A DNA stretch of 43,990 nt from an uncultured bacterium (lineage in GTDB: Bacteria; Hydrothermota; UBA3072), in the NCBI GenBank assembly GCA_964474855.1, contig CAYYUB010000002.1, positions 1 to 43,990 on the forward strand, given 5' to 3'. Below, piece after piece: positions 19,343 to 28,146 of this stretch. Under the pieces are notes generated by a model. That model was not told where the DNA came from. It searched no databases and saw only the letters and a program-made list of their open reading frames with translations. Every line of letters starts with the position of its first letter. The stretch's first letter is position 1. The translations under genes were made by a program, and so were the position numbers.

Positions 19343-20807
19343 TATTTCTTTTTATCAGACCCCTTATTTTTTCTATCAGAAAATCCTTTTCCTCATTTTT
19401 AATCTCTCCTATAAAACAGATACTAAGAGCATAAATCGCCATACCTAAAACTACAAGTGCTATTAAAAACAAGAAAGAAGTATCTATCAATCCATTTAAG
19501 TAATAAACAACAAGACCCATGATTCCCGAACATATTGTTACCCTTAATAAGCTCTTAAATGGGAATTCCCATACTAGGAAACCTCTGGAGAACAAAATCA
19601 TTAATATTAATAAAGCAACATAAGAAACAACTGTTGTTATTGCTGCTGCCATATACCCGTATTTGGGTACTAATAGTAGATTAAGACACAAGTTTAATAA
19701 ACCGGAAATAATAATACCTATCATTATAAATTTTGTTCTTTTGTAAAATAATAATCCTGACTGAAATCTTTGTTGAAGTCCTAAAAAGAATATACCCAGA
19801 GTAACGAAGGGAACGATTCGAAAAGCCTGATGATATTCCGGAGCAGTAAAAAACTCAATAAGGGACCCCGACAAAACACTCATTCCAACTACAAGCGGCA
19901 AGCAAACCACTAAATAATAGCGTGTAACTTTAGTTATGAATTCCTTGCTTTTTATCTTTCCTTCTCTCTCCCAAATTTTCATACTAATAGGGTTTGAAGC
20001 AATCATAAAAAGAGAAACCACCAGAAGTATACTCTTTTCAGATATTATATAACTAGCTGAATAAACTCCTACTTCTTGAGAACTCCGAAAGAATTCCAGA
20101 ATGTAACGATCAGATAGACTCAATATCCACGCAGCAAGATTCGCCATTACCAGAGGGAAACCATATTTTGCCATTTCTTTGGTCAGGTCTAATGAAAACG
20201 ACGTTCTTCTTGGGAACTTCCCGATTGCATATTTCCATATCAAAGGAAGAACAATAACTATACTAAAAATTTCACCCCATAGTAAACCTTCTACACCATA
20301 GCCAAAAGCGACTACCAATAATATACCAAAGGTTAATTTGCTTATACTTTTCCATATGATAAAACCACTATAAAATTTAACCTCTCTTTTAGCCCGGAGA
20401 AAAGAAGATAAAACTTGGAATAGAGCAGAAAAAACAAAAACCACAACTCCTATTAACATAAGATGGTAAAGCTGAGCCCCTAATTTGGCTTTGGTTAAAA
20501 AGATTATACTCAGAAAAATAAAGACTAAGATCGCCACTGACACAACAACCCATTTTACAACCAAACTACTAAGAACTTTTAAACGTCCTTCTAGTTCAAA
20601 AATAGAATAGAACCTAATAACAGACATACTCAGCCAACCTATTATGATAGTAAGAATAGACATTGTAGTAATAACCAGTACATAATTACCGTAATCCGAA
20701 GGTGAGAATAGCCGTGTGACTATAGGAATTGCAATTATTCCTATCAACCCTAGAACTAATTGTGAAGGAATATATTTCACGAAATCTTTAATAAATTTAT
20801 CAATCAT
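19329..20807 (-). CDS. wzx: Wzx-type oligosaccharide flippase (MOP superfamily polysaccharide biosynthesis protein)
   Basis: 492 aa with about 12-14 TM helices. Position and size are typical of Wzx. Confidence 0.8.
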   Translation of the reverse strand: MIDKFIKDFVKYIPSQLVLGLIGIIAIPIVTRLFSPSDYGNYVLVITTMSILTIIIGWLSMSVIRFYSIFELEGRLKVLSSLVVKWVVVSVAILVFIFLSIIFLTKAKLGAQLYHLMLIGVVVFVFSALFQVLSSFLRAKREVKFYSGFIIWKSISKLTFGILLVVAFGYGVEGLLWGEIFSIVIVLPLIWKYAIGKFPRRTSFSLDLTKEMAKYGFPLVMANLAAWILSLSDRYILEFFRSSQEVGVYSASYIISEKSILLVVSLFMIASNPISMKIWEREGKIKSKEFITKVTRYYLVVCLPLVVGMSVLSGSLIEFFTAPEYHQAFRIVPFVTLGIFFLGLQQRFQSGLLFYKRTKFIMIGIIISGLLNLCLNLLLVPKYGYMAAAITTVVSYVALLILMILFSRGFLVWEFPFKSLLRVTICSGIMGLVVYYLNGLIDTSFLFLIALVVLGMAIYALSICFIGEIKNEEKDFLIEKIRGLIKRNNGKA

Positions 20808-20824
20808 AATAATCTATTTGTTTG

Positions 20825-21652
20825 TTATCTCCAAAATTTTTTGTTTATATATTTTTTAAACCTTTCATATACGGACCTTTTATAAGATATAGAACGAATC
20901 TCTTTATTATTAGTTGGCGAAAGTAAGAACATCCAACCACTTACTATCTGAGGTGTTAGTCTATCCGCTATTTCACAATTCCACCTGTTGAGTCTCTTTC
21001 TACACTGCATTATTCTATCAATTCCAAATCCACATAAAAAAGTTCGTGGACGGAATTCAATTATCTCAAACCCTGTATTTTTTATAATTCTTTTGAACTT
21101 TCTTAAAGAAAAAAAATTTATATGATAACTTTTGGCTAAAGTATAGTCAGAGGTTTTTGTATATGAAATATAATCTTTGCGGAACTTTCTTTTCACACTT
21201 CGCAAAATCTTATAAATACCAGTTAAATTTAATAATATATAGAATAAAGTTAGAAATTCAAATGGGCCATAACCATTAGGAAGAGTGACTACCATTTTAC
21301 CTTTCTCAAGCAATTTTTCTTTCAACATCATCAGAAATTCAATAGGTTGTTCAACATGTTCGATCACTTCCGAAGCGATAATTAAATCAAATTTTTTTTC
21401 TTTAAAATTATCACCACAAACAAAACTCAGATTACTAAGTTCGTTGCTCCTTTTCGCATATTTTATGCTCTCCTCATCTTTATCAGATCCTACGAATAAA
21501 ATATCTGGAAATCGTTCAGCGAGTGGAATTGTTAATTGACTGCCAGTTCCACAACCTATATCTAAAACCTTTTTAGGAGATAATCGCTCAATAACTAATG
21601 TGAGATATAAAAGTCTTTTTTTTATACCATAGGGAGTTTCAAAGTCAATCAC
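20825..21652 (-). CDS. Class I SAM-dependent methyltransferase
   Basis: Motif I VLDIGCGTGSQ, plus DLIIASEVIEHVEQP. GTG start. Confidence 0.8.
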   Translation of the reverse strand: MIDFETPYGIKKRLLYLTLVIERLSPKKVLDIGCGTGSQLTIPLAERFPDILFVGSDKDEESIKYAKRSNELSNLSFVCGDNFKEKKFDLIIASEVIEHVEQPIEFLMMLKEKLLEKGKMVVTLPNGYGPFEFLTLFYILLNLTGIYKILRSVKRKFRKDYISYTKTSDYTLAKSYHINFFSLRKFKRIIKNTGFEIIEFRPRTFLCGFGIDRIMQCRKRLNRWNCEIADRLTPQIVSGWMFLLSPTNNKEIRSISYKRSVYERFKKYINKKFWR

Positions 21653-21740
21653 AGAATATTACACCATCTATTCACTTTTTATCTCAGACATTCTTAATTT
21701 TCAAAATTCCTTTTGCGTTTGCTTTTTTTATACACTTCAT

Positions 21741-23642
21741 CTATCCCAGGTTATAAGTTTTCCACCACAATGCAAAATTTAGTAAAAACCAAACTTTCAT
21801 TCCATGACCTTGATTTATAAGTCGCTTTACTTCAATCCAATCCAAGTAATCTGTATTTTTACAAAAGTTCTTCAATTCTAACCAGGCTTTATTACCAAGC
21901 TGTTCAAAGAACCATTCATTCATAGGAACATTAAACCCTTGCTTTTTTCGATAGATTAGCTCATCCGGGATCAAACCTTTTACTGATTTCTTCAATATAT
22001 ATTTAAGGATTCCATTTCTGGTTTTAGCTGATTCAGGAATACTCATAGCAAGTTCCACAAGTTTATGATCAAGAAAAGGGACGCGTGCTTCTAAACTTAC
22101 TCCCATACTCATCTTGTCAACCCGCATTAGCAGGAGTTCCGGTAAACGTAGATTAAGGTCGAGATAACTCATCCAGTTAAGAGGAGTCTTTTCCCAGGCT
22201 TTCTTTTCAAAACGTTGATAGATCGGACTTAATACGTCCCATGAAGTTATATTTGCAAACTTTTTTCGTAATCGAGGTGAGAGCAAATTCTTCTTTTGGA
22301 CTTCGGTGAATGCTTCCGCTCCTCCCCAGAAAATTGGTTGCCCTTCTGATCCTCGCCTAAGCCACTCGTAAGACAACTTTTTATCCTTTTTTAAAACCCG
22401 TAAGCTCTTAAGCGCTAATTTCTTAAATATAAACGGAATAGGTAAATTATCATAATGTTGTAACCGTAATTTTGTTTTCCAATCGGGATATCCCCAAAAC
22501 AACTCGTCAGAACCTTCACCCACCTGACAAACAATAACCCCATTGTCTCGTGCCAGCTTAGAAACATAATAAATAGGTACGCAGACAGGATCAGCTATAG
22601 GCTCATCCTGAAGATATACCATCTCTGGCAAAAAATCTATCAAGTCATTGACGGTTAGTAGACACTCATAATGTTCGGCTCCAATTTCCTTTGCCATCAT
22701 TCTGGCATAATACATTTCGTTTTTATAGCTCTGATACTCACCCTCATAACCGATGGTAAAAGTTTTAATAGGTTTACCCTCTCTTTCTGAAAACAAAGCT
22801 GCATTTGAACTGGAGTCAATCCCACCGGAAAGGAAGACTCCTACTGGCACATCACTTGTTTTACGAAATCTTACCGAGGAACGGAGTTCATCTAAAATTT
22901 GTTCAGCAATCTCATCATCGGAGATGTTAATTAATGGAGTAGTATAATCCCAAACATCCCAATAACGGTGCTCATATATTTTTCCCCCTTCACATATCCG
23001 GAGCCAACTACCACACGGAAGCTTTTTTATTCCATCGAAAAGTGTTTGAGGCGACGGCACACACAGGAATGATAAATAATGATAAAAGGCTTCTTCGTTT
23101 ACATTGACTTTCTGGCAAGGGTCTTGTAAAATAGCTTTTATCTCAGAAGCAAAAACTATGTGACCACTATGGTTGCTGTAGTAGAGGGGTTTTATACCAA
23201 GACGATCTCGTATCAACCATAATTCTCGAGCCTTAGCATCCCATACAGCTATAGCAAACATCCCTCGAAATTTCTTCACACAGTCTATTCCCCACTCTTC
23301 GAAAGCATGCAGGATAACTTCTGTATCCGAATGGTCAGTCTTCCAACTGTATCCTCCTATCTCTTCTAGCTCAGCTCGAATTTCTTTGTGATTATAAATT
23401 TCACCATTGAATACTATCCAAAGAGAACCATCTTTATTTGACATTGGCTGATTTGCATTTGGAGAAAGATCTATTATTGCTAACCGCCGGAAGCCAAGAC
23501 CTACCTTCCGGTCAGGAGATATCCAAGCACCTTTATCATCTGGTCCGCGGTGAACCATAGTATCTCGCATTTTACAAATTAACGATTCTGAGACTTGGAA
23601 TGTTTGGTTATAATAATTAAATATTCCAACAATACCACACAT
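21741..23642 (-). CDS. Asparagine synthase (glutamine-hydrolysing)-family amidotransferase
   Basis: MCGIVGIF Ntn-amidotransferase N-terminus (Cys2) and the FLSGGIDSS PP-loop motif. 633 aa. Confidence 0.9.
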   Translation of the reverse strand: MCGIVGIFNYYNQTFQVSESLICKMRDTMVHRGPDDKGAWISPDRKVGLGFRRLAIIDLSPNANQPMSNKDGSLWIVFNGEIYNHKEIRAELEEIGGYSWKTDHSDTEVILHAFEEWGIDCVKKFRGMFAIAVWDAKARELWLIRDRLGIKPLYYSNHSGHIVFASEIKAILQDPCQKVNVNEEAFYHYLSFLCVPSPQTLFDGIKKLPCGSWLRICEGGKIYEHRYWDVWDYTTPLINISDDEIAEQILDELRSSVRFRKTSDVPVGVFLSGGIDSSSNAALFSEREGKPIKTFTIGYEGEYQSYKNEMYYARMMAKEIGAEHYECLLTVNDLIDFLPEMVYLQDEPIADPVCVPIYYVSKLARDNGVIVCQVGEGSDELFWGYPDWKTKLRLQHYDNLPIPFIFKKLALKSLRVLKKDKKLSYEWLRRGSEGQPIFWGGAEAFTEVQKKNLLSPRLRKKFANITSWDVLSPIYQRFEKKAWEKTPLNWMSYLDLNLRLPELLLMRVDKMSMGVSLEARVPFLDHKLVELAMSIPESAKTRNGILKYILKKSVKGLIPDELIYRKKQGFNVPMNEWFFEQLGNKAWLELKNFCKNTDYLDWIEVKRLINQGHGMKVWFLLNFALWWKTYNLG

Positions 23643-23647
23643 AAATA

Positions 23648-23749
23648 TTAACCAGTATATCTAACCGATCTAACTATTCGAAAACCGATTTCAACTGCGC
23701 CAATCATCACTTCAAATAACATCGTCAGTAAGCCTATTTCTCCGAACAT
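23648..23749 (-). CDS. Possible 33-aa hydrophobic micro-protein immediately upstream of the AsnB-like gene
   Basis: Hand translation: MFGEIGLLTMLFEVMIGAVEIGFRIVRSVRYTG. The TAA stop lies 5 nt before the asnB-like ATG. There is no clear SD. Below the ORF-track size cut-off. Confidence 0.25.
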   Translation of the reverse strand: MFGEIGLLTMLFEVMIGAVEIGFRIVRSVRYTG

Positions 23750-23798
23750 TTCCAATTTTCCAAAAGGTCTTTAACAAACTTTTTCCTCATAAGACAAA

Positions 23799-25934
23799 CT
23801 AACACTCTCGGACTTCTTCGTCTATTAAAAAACTGAGTTTAGTTGTCTCTATAATTTCATCAAATGGAATGGGGTTTCGTTTCGCTTCTTGTATCGCTAA
23901 TCCAAACTTTTTTAATTCTTCCAAATGCCCCTTGTTCTGCTTCCCCTGCCAACCTCTTATATTTTTTCCATAAATATCTAACCGTTTAAAATCATCTATA
24001 ACAAGAACTTTATTTTCACAATAGATCTCCAGGTATTCCTTAGCTATATCCTTCGATCCTATAGCGGTATAAATCAAAGAACATATTGAACCATCCCGAT
24101 ATTTAACGGTTGCACTAAAATTATCAAAAGGAGAGATATGTTCTTTCTTTGACGACATGCTGCTTACATCTACCGACTCAACCTCGCTTTGAGTTAAATA
24201 TCTAAAAAGATCCAGCATATGACATCCTTCTCCTATTATTCTTCCGCCACCCTCTTCTGTATGCACCCAATTATCAAGAGGTATATAACCGGCATTAACT
24301 CTGTATAATATAATAATAGGGTTTTCTCTTTCCTTTATAATATCAAATGCCCTAGTCACAGGGGGAGAAAATCTCCTGTTAAAACCTACCATTAAAAGGG
24401 AATCCGATTTTTTATAGGTTTTAATAATATTATTTAATTCCTTTTCATTCAATGCAAGTGGTTTTTCAACGAAAACATTCTTACCCGTTCTAAGCGAACC
24501 AACAACTATCTGCGAGTGAAGATTATGTCTTGTTGTTATAAAAATAAGATTAATTGCATCATCTTCTAAAACTTCCATATAATCAGTCGCACAATACTCG
24601 GCATTGAATTTATCTGCAACCTTCCTTGCCAATGCTCCATTCACATCAACAATCGCGGTAATTGAATATAGATTAGAAAGGCTTTTTAAATTGGGAAGAT
24701 GGACTCTAGTCGCAAAATTACCAGCACCAATCACAGCAACTTTTATTGTACTATTCCGAGTTGTAACTCTTTTCTTTAGGTTTATTTTTCTATCTAATTT
24801 CTTGTCTTCTTGCTTATCAATTTCATAATCTATTACGACCGATAATGGTTTCCTTGCTTTATTCTGTAGCTCATGGTAAGCTCTGGACGCCTGTGATATT
24901 TTATATTCTCCTTCCACCAATCTCATAAAATCTATTTTTTTGTCTGCAATAAGATTAAGATATTCCTTCATATTGCGGTTTTCTGTCCATCTAACATACG
25001 GATACGGATAATCAATACCTTTCTCCTCGTAATTAGTATCATATCTCCCTGGACCATAGGAACAGGAGATAAGAAAGTCTATTTCTTTCTGATAAAAAGG
25101 CTCCCTCTTTACATCCATACCGATATCTCCAACCACAACAACCCTACCTTTCTTTCTTGTAATTTCCATAGCCATCTGAATTATATCGTTACTCTCCGTT
25201 GCAGCCGTTATAATAGTAGCATCAACACCATTATTTTCAGTAAAATTTTTGACTTCTTCCTGAACGTTTACTCTTTTCGATACAAAACCCTTATTCATTC
25301 CAAGTTCTATCGCCCTTTTTACTCGTTCCGGCCTTATATCGAAACCTATTGTTCTACAACCATTTATGCTCAACAACTGTATAGTAATTTGACCTAGTAA
25401 CCCAAGCCCAATAACAGCAACGGATTCTCCAAGTTGCGGATTACATCTTCTCAGTCCCTGCATAGCAATACTGCCAAGGGTTACAGATGCCGCCTCTTCC
25501 ATGCTACAATTTTCAGGTATCTTTACGACAAGATTCGTAGGAACACTGACAATTTCAGCATGAGACGCCTTACCTGCTCCACCACAAGCTACACGGTCGC
25601 CCTTTTTTATCATAGTTATATTCTTACCTACCTGGATTACAAACCCTGAACAGGAATACCCGGGAGTTAATATTCCTCCACTCTGACTCTTTATAACATC
25701 CATTGTTTTTTTAATACCTTTACCTTTAAGAAAATCAACCACCTTTTTAACCTTTTCCGGGTTCTTCAACGCCTTGTCTATGAGAGATTCTCCTGTCTTT
25801 TTAACTCCCGACAATTCCGTTCCCGGACTGATAACCGAATATGCTACTTCAACTAATATGCTGTTTTCATCAAGTAGAGGAGCCGGAACATCTTCTATTA
25901 ACACTCTACCTCTTTTTATAAATACTTGCTTCAT
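23799..25934 (-). CDS. Bi-domain oxidoreductase: MDR/alcohol-dehydrogenase-like N-terminal half fused to a Gfo/Idh/MocA C-terminal half
   Basis: 711 aa. GroES-like/MDR region (VAYSVISPGTE...VAVIGLGLLGQ), then a second Rossmann fold IKVAVIGAGNFATRVHLPNL. AAAAGGAG SD. Confidence 0.85.
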   Translation of the reverse strand: MKQVFIKRGRVLIEDVPAPLLDENSILVEVAYSVISPGTELSGVKKTGESLIDKALKNPEKVKKVVDFLKGKGIKKTMDVIKSQSGGILTPGYSCSGFVIQVGKNITMIKKGDRVACGGAGKASHAEIVSVPTNLVVKIPENCSMEEAASVTLGSIAMQGLRRCNPQLGESVAVIGLGLLGQITIQLLSINGCRTIGFDIRPERVKRAIELGMNKGFVSKRVNVQEEVKNFTENNGVDATIITAATESNDIIQMAMEITRKKGRVVVVGDIGMDVKREPFYQKEIDFLISCSYGPGRYDTNYEEKGIDYPYPYVRWTENRNMKEYLNLIADKKIDFMRLVEGEYKISQASRAYHELQNKARKPLSVVIDYEIDKQEDKKLDRKINLKKRVTTRNSTIKVAVIGAGNFATRVHLPNLKSLSNLYSITAIVDVNGALARKVADKFNAEYCATDYMEVLEDDAINLIFITTRHNLHSQIVVGSLRTGKNVFVEKPLALNEKELNNIIKTYKKSDSLLMVGFNRRFSPPVTRAFDIIKERENPIIILYRVNAGYIPLDNWVHTEEGGGRIIGEGCHMLDLFRYLTQSEVESVDVSSMSSKKEHISPFDNFSATVKYRDGSICSLIYTAIGSKDIAKEYLEIYCENKVLVIDDFKRLDIYGKNIRGWQGKQNKGHLEELKKFGLAIQEAKRNPIPFDEIIETTKLSFLIDEEVREC

Positions 25935-26117
25935 AATACTCCTTTTAACTTAGAAATACCCAAGACTATCAAGCTTCTATCTTCTCTTCATTATTAAAAT
26001 TTTCATCTTTAGCATCTTAGGCAAAATCTTAAAATTCCAGCTTTTCAAAGAATTAGGGTTTCGTTTCCTATCAGTAAAGAATAAAATTTTGCTCCATATG
26101 CCGTAATAATTTTCCAT

Positions 26118-27200
26118 CTAAATAATACCGAGAAAAATCTCAACTATCCTCTCTGCAGTCTTGCCATCCCACAACGGCATACCCGATGATTGCTTTTGTG
26201 TACCATTTAGTATCTTAAAAGATTCTTCTACAATAACATCAGGATCAACACCTACTAAGATATTAGTCCCTTTAGTAATCGTAAAAGGTCTTTCTGTATT
26301 TTCTCTTATAGTAAGACAGGGGATATTCAAATATGTAGTTTCCTGCTGAATACTGCCTGAATCAGTTAAAACAAATTTTGAGTTTTTGTATAATTTAAGG
26401 AAATCGTGGTAAGAAAGAGGATCGATAACTCTAATATTATCACTACTCGTATGAATTTTAAATTCTTCCATTCGTTTTCGAGTCCTTGGATGGGCTGGAA
26501 AAACTATTTCTATTTCTTCACCAATAGTCTCTAAAGCTTCAATAATACCTTTAAAAGTTTCAGTATCATCAACATTGCTCGGACGATGCAAAGTTAGAAC
26601 AGCATATTTTCCTGCCTCGATATCTTCAAAAGGAGGCTTATCTATGTCAGGAATTCTTTCCATCTCCCAGATCAAAGTATCAATCATTATATCACCAACA
26701 AGATGAATTTTTTCTTCCGGGATACCTTCTTTTTTAAGATTCTCATTCGCTTCCTTAGCAGGAGTAAAAAGATAATCGGAAATCGCATCCGTAAGAAGTC
26801 TGTTAATCTCCTCCGGCATGCTTCTATCATAACTTCTAAGACCAGCTTCAACGTGAGCTAAAGGTATATTAAGCTTCGTCGCAACCAGTCCACATGCTAT
26901 TGTTGAATTCACGTCACCAACAACGACAACAAGATCGCCTCCCTCATCGATAATGAATTGCTCAAATTTCTTCATAATCTCACCCGTCTGTTTTCCATGA
27001 GGACCCGATCCTACTTCGAGATTGACATCGGGTTCCCTAATACCGAGTTCGTCAAAAAACCATTTCGACATGTTCTTATCATAGTGCTGCCCTGTATGAA
27101 CGAGAACTTGCTCTATGTTATCGGCCCTTGCAGCCACTCTCATTATAGGAGCTATTTTCATGAAATTAGGTCTCGCGCCAACTACATGAATCAGCTTCAT
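26118..27200 (-). CDS. wecB: UDP-N-acetylglucosamine 2-epimerase, non-hydrolysing (WecB/WbpI-like)
   Basis: MKLIHVVGARPNFMKIAPI and HVEAGLRSYDRSMPEEINR. 360 aa. Confidence 0.92.
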   Translation of the reverse strand: MKLIHVVGARPNFMKIAPIMRVAARADNIEQVLVHTGQHYDKNMSKWFFDELGIREPDVNLEVGSGPHGKQTGEIMKKFEQFIIDEGGDLVVVVGDVNSTIACGLVATKLNIPLAHVEAGLRSYDRSMPEEINRLLTDAISDYLFTPAKEANENLKKEGIPEEKIHLVGDIMIDTLIWEMERIPDIDKPPFEDIEAGKYAVLTLHRPSNVDDTETFKGIIEALETIGEEIEIVFPAHPRTRKRMEEFKIHTSSDNIRVIDPLSYHDFLKLYKNSKFVLTDSGSIQQETTYLNIPCLTIRENTERPFTITKGTNILVGVDPDVIVEESFKILNGTQKQSSGMPLWDGKTAERIVEIFLGII

Positions 27201-27275
27201 TTCTTATAATCCCACCATAAGTGCTTAATATATCTCAATCTTTAGTGTTTGGGAGACGAACAGATGAGGTTGAAA

Positions 27276-27635
27276 TTAATTTTCTTCAATAAATTGTTCT
27301 CCAAAATGATTACTTAACTTCTTTAAGATTTTATTAAGACGTTTTAATGATATCTTTCCCAGTTGTCCTTCAAGAATTGATTCTTCGACTGTAGCAAGTT
27401 TACCAATCCTAATTAAAGAAGAAACCTTTAATCCCGAACTTTTAAAATCTCCATCAGCTTCAACTATTAACTCATCCCAACCAGTTATTTCGTGTTTTAA
27501 TTGGGAAGTTATCGCACAAACCAGCCAGTCATCAAAAGGGCCAGGAATCTTCGATATTAACAGAACAGGCCTATATTTTCCCTCCTGTAAATTAGTATGG
27601 GGGAATTTAATTAGTATTATATCTCCAGGCTTCAT
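27276..27635 (-). CDS. mazF: MazF/PemK-family type II toxin (endoribonuclease)
   Basis: MKPGDIILIKFPHTNLQEGKYRPVLLIS...VCAITSQ is the PemK/MazF pattern. The stop of the upstream small gene lies 2 nt away. Confidence 0.8.
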   Translation of the reverse strand: MKPGDIILIKFPHTNLQEGKYRPVLLISKIPGPFDDWLVCAITSQLKHEITGWDELIVEADGDFKSSGLKVSSLIRIGKLATVEESILEGQLGKISLKRLNKILKKLSNHFGEQFIEEN

Positions 27636-27637
27636 AT

Positions 27638-27853
27638 CTATGCGTTGATGTCCTCTAATGAGTATTCTACTTCTTCTGAATTATTCCAGAAATCAAAAGC
27701 ACCAGTATTTAAAGAAAAATCACTCCAGGATTTTCCTTTCTCTGCTGAAAAACGTTTCCTTTCTTCAATAAAAGCAACAAAATCATAGATTTCATCTATT
27801 AAAGATTCGGGAAGTCTCTCTATTTCCTTTATAAGCTGCTTTTTACTTTTCAT
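27638..27853 (-). CDS. Putative cognate antitoxin (DUF2281-like small acidic protein)
   Basis: 71 aa. LIKEIERLPESLIDEIYDFVAFIEERK. Lies directly upstream of the toxin. AAGGAG SD. Confidence 0.6.
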   Translation of the reverse strand: MKSKKQLIKEIERLPESLIDEIYDFVAFIEERKRFSAEKGKSWSDFSLNTGAFDFWNNSEEVEYSLEDINA

Positions 27854-27879
27854 TATTATCTCCTTTACATTATTACGCT

Positions 27880-27908
27880 AAATTAAACAACGCTCCCTAT
27901 ATTGTCAA
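27880..27908 (-). promoter_or_regulatory. Candidate promoter of the toxin-antitoxin pair
   Basis: TTGACA(27908-27903)-17 nt-TAATTT(27885-27880), then a leader with AAGGAG. Confidence 0.45.
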
Positions 27909-27974
27909 GAGTTTCTTTCTAATCAATTCATCATACTTTGTAATTCACACATTTTTTCGCGCCGTTAGTGTAAT

Positions 27975-28146
27975 TTTTTGTTGCTACTTCTGTGGTGGGT
28001 TAGGTTCTAAAAAACAAGATTTTTCTTTGCGTTTTCTATGAGTTCTGTGTGAGAATATTTTTTCTGGGTCGGGTTGAGGAAAAAACAACAATTTTTTACT
28101 TTGCGACCTCTGCGTCTTTGCGGTGAATTTTAGCGGCTTTGCCGCG
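27975..28146. repeat. Mosaic intergenic repeat block A
   Basis: Contains reverse-orientation modules: cttctgtggtgggttaggttctaaaaaac, ctatgagttctgtgtgag, ctgggtcgggttgaggaaaaaac, ctttgcgacctctgcgtctttgcggtg (28099-28125), and the hairpin module. Confidence 0.75.
28133..28145 (-). terminator. Short GC hairpin immediately after the stop of the UDP-sugar dehydrogenase gene (member of repeat module f)
   Basis: GCGGC-TTT-GCCGC, then an A/T-rich tail on the minus strand. The same hairpin occurs at 34914-34926, with a degenerate copy at 40209-40226. Confidence 0.35.

Noticed and set aside
25935-26117. 45-codon ORF starting immediately after the wecB stop (MENYYGIWSKILFFTDRKRNPNSL...)
   Set aside because: It is basic and low-complexity with no SD, so it is probably chance in an AT-rich spacer.
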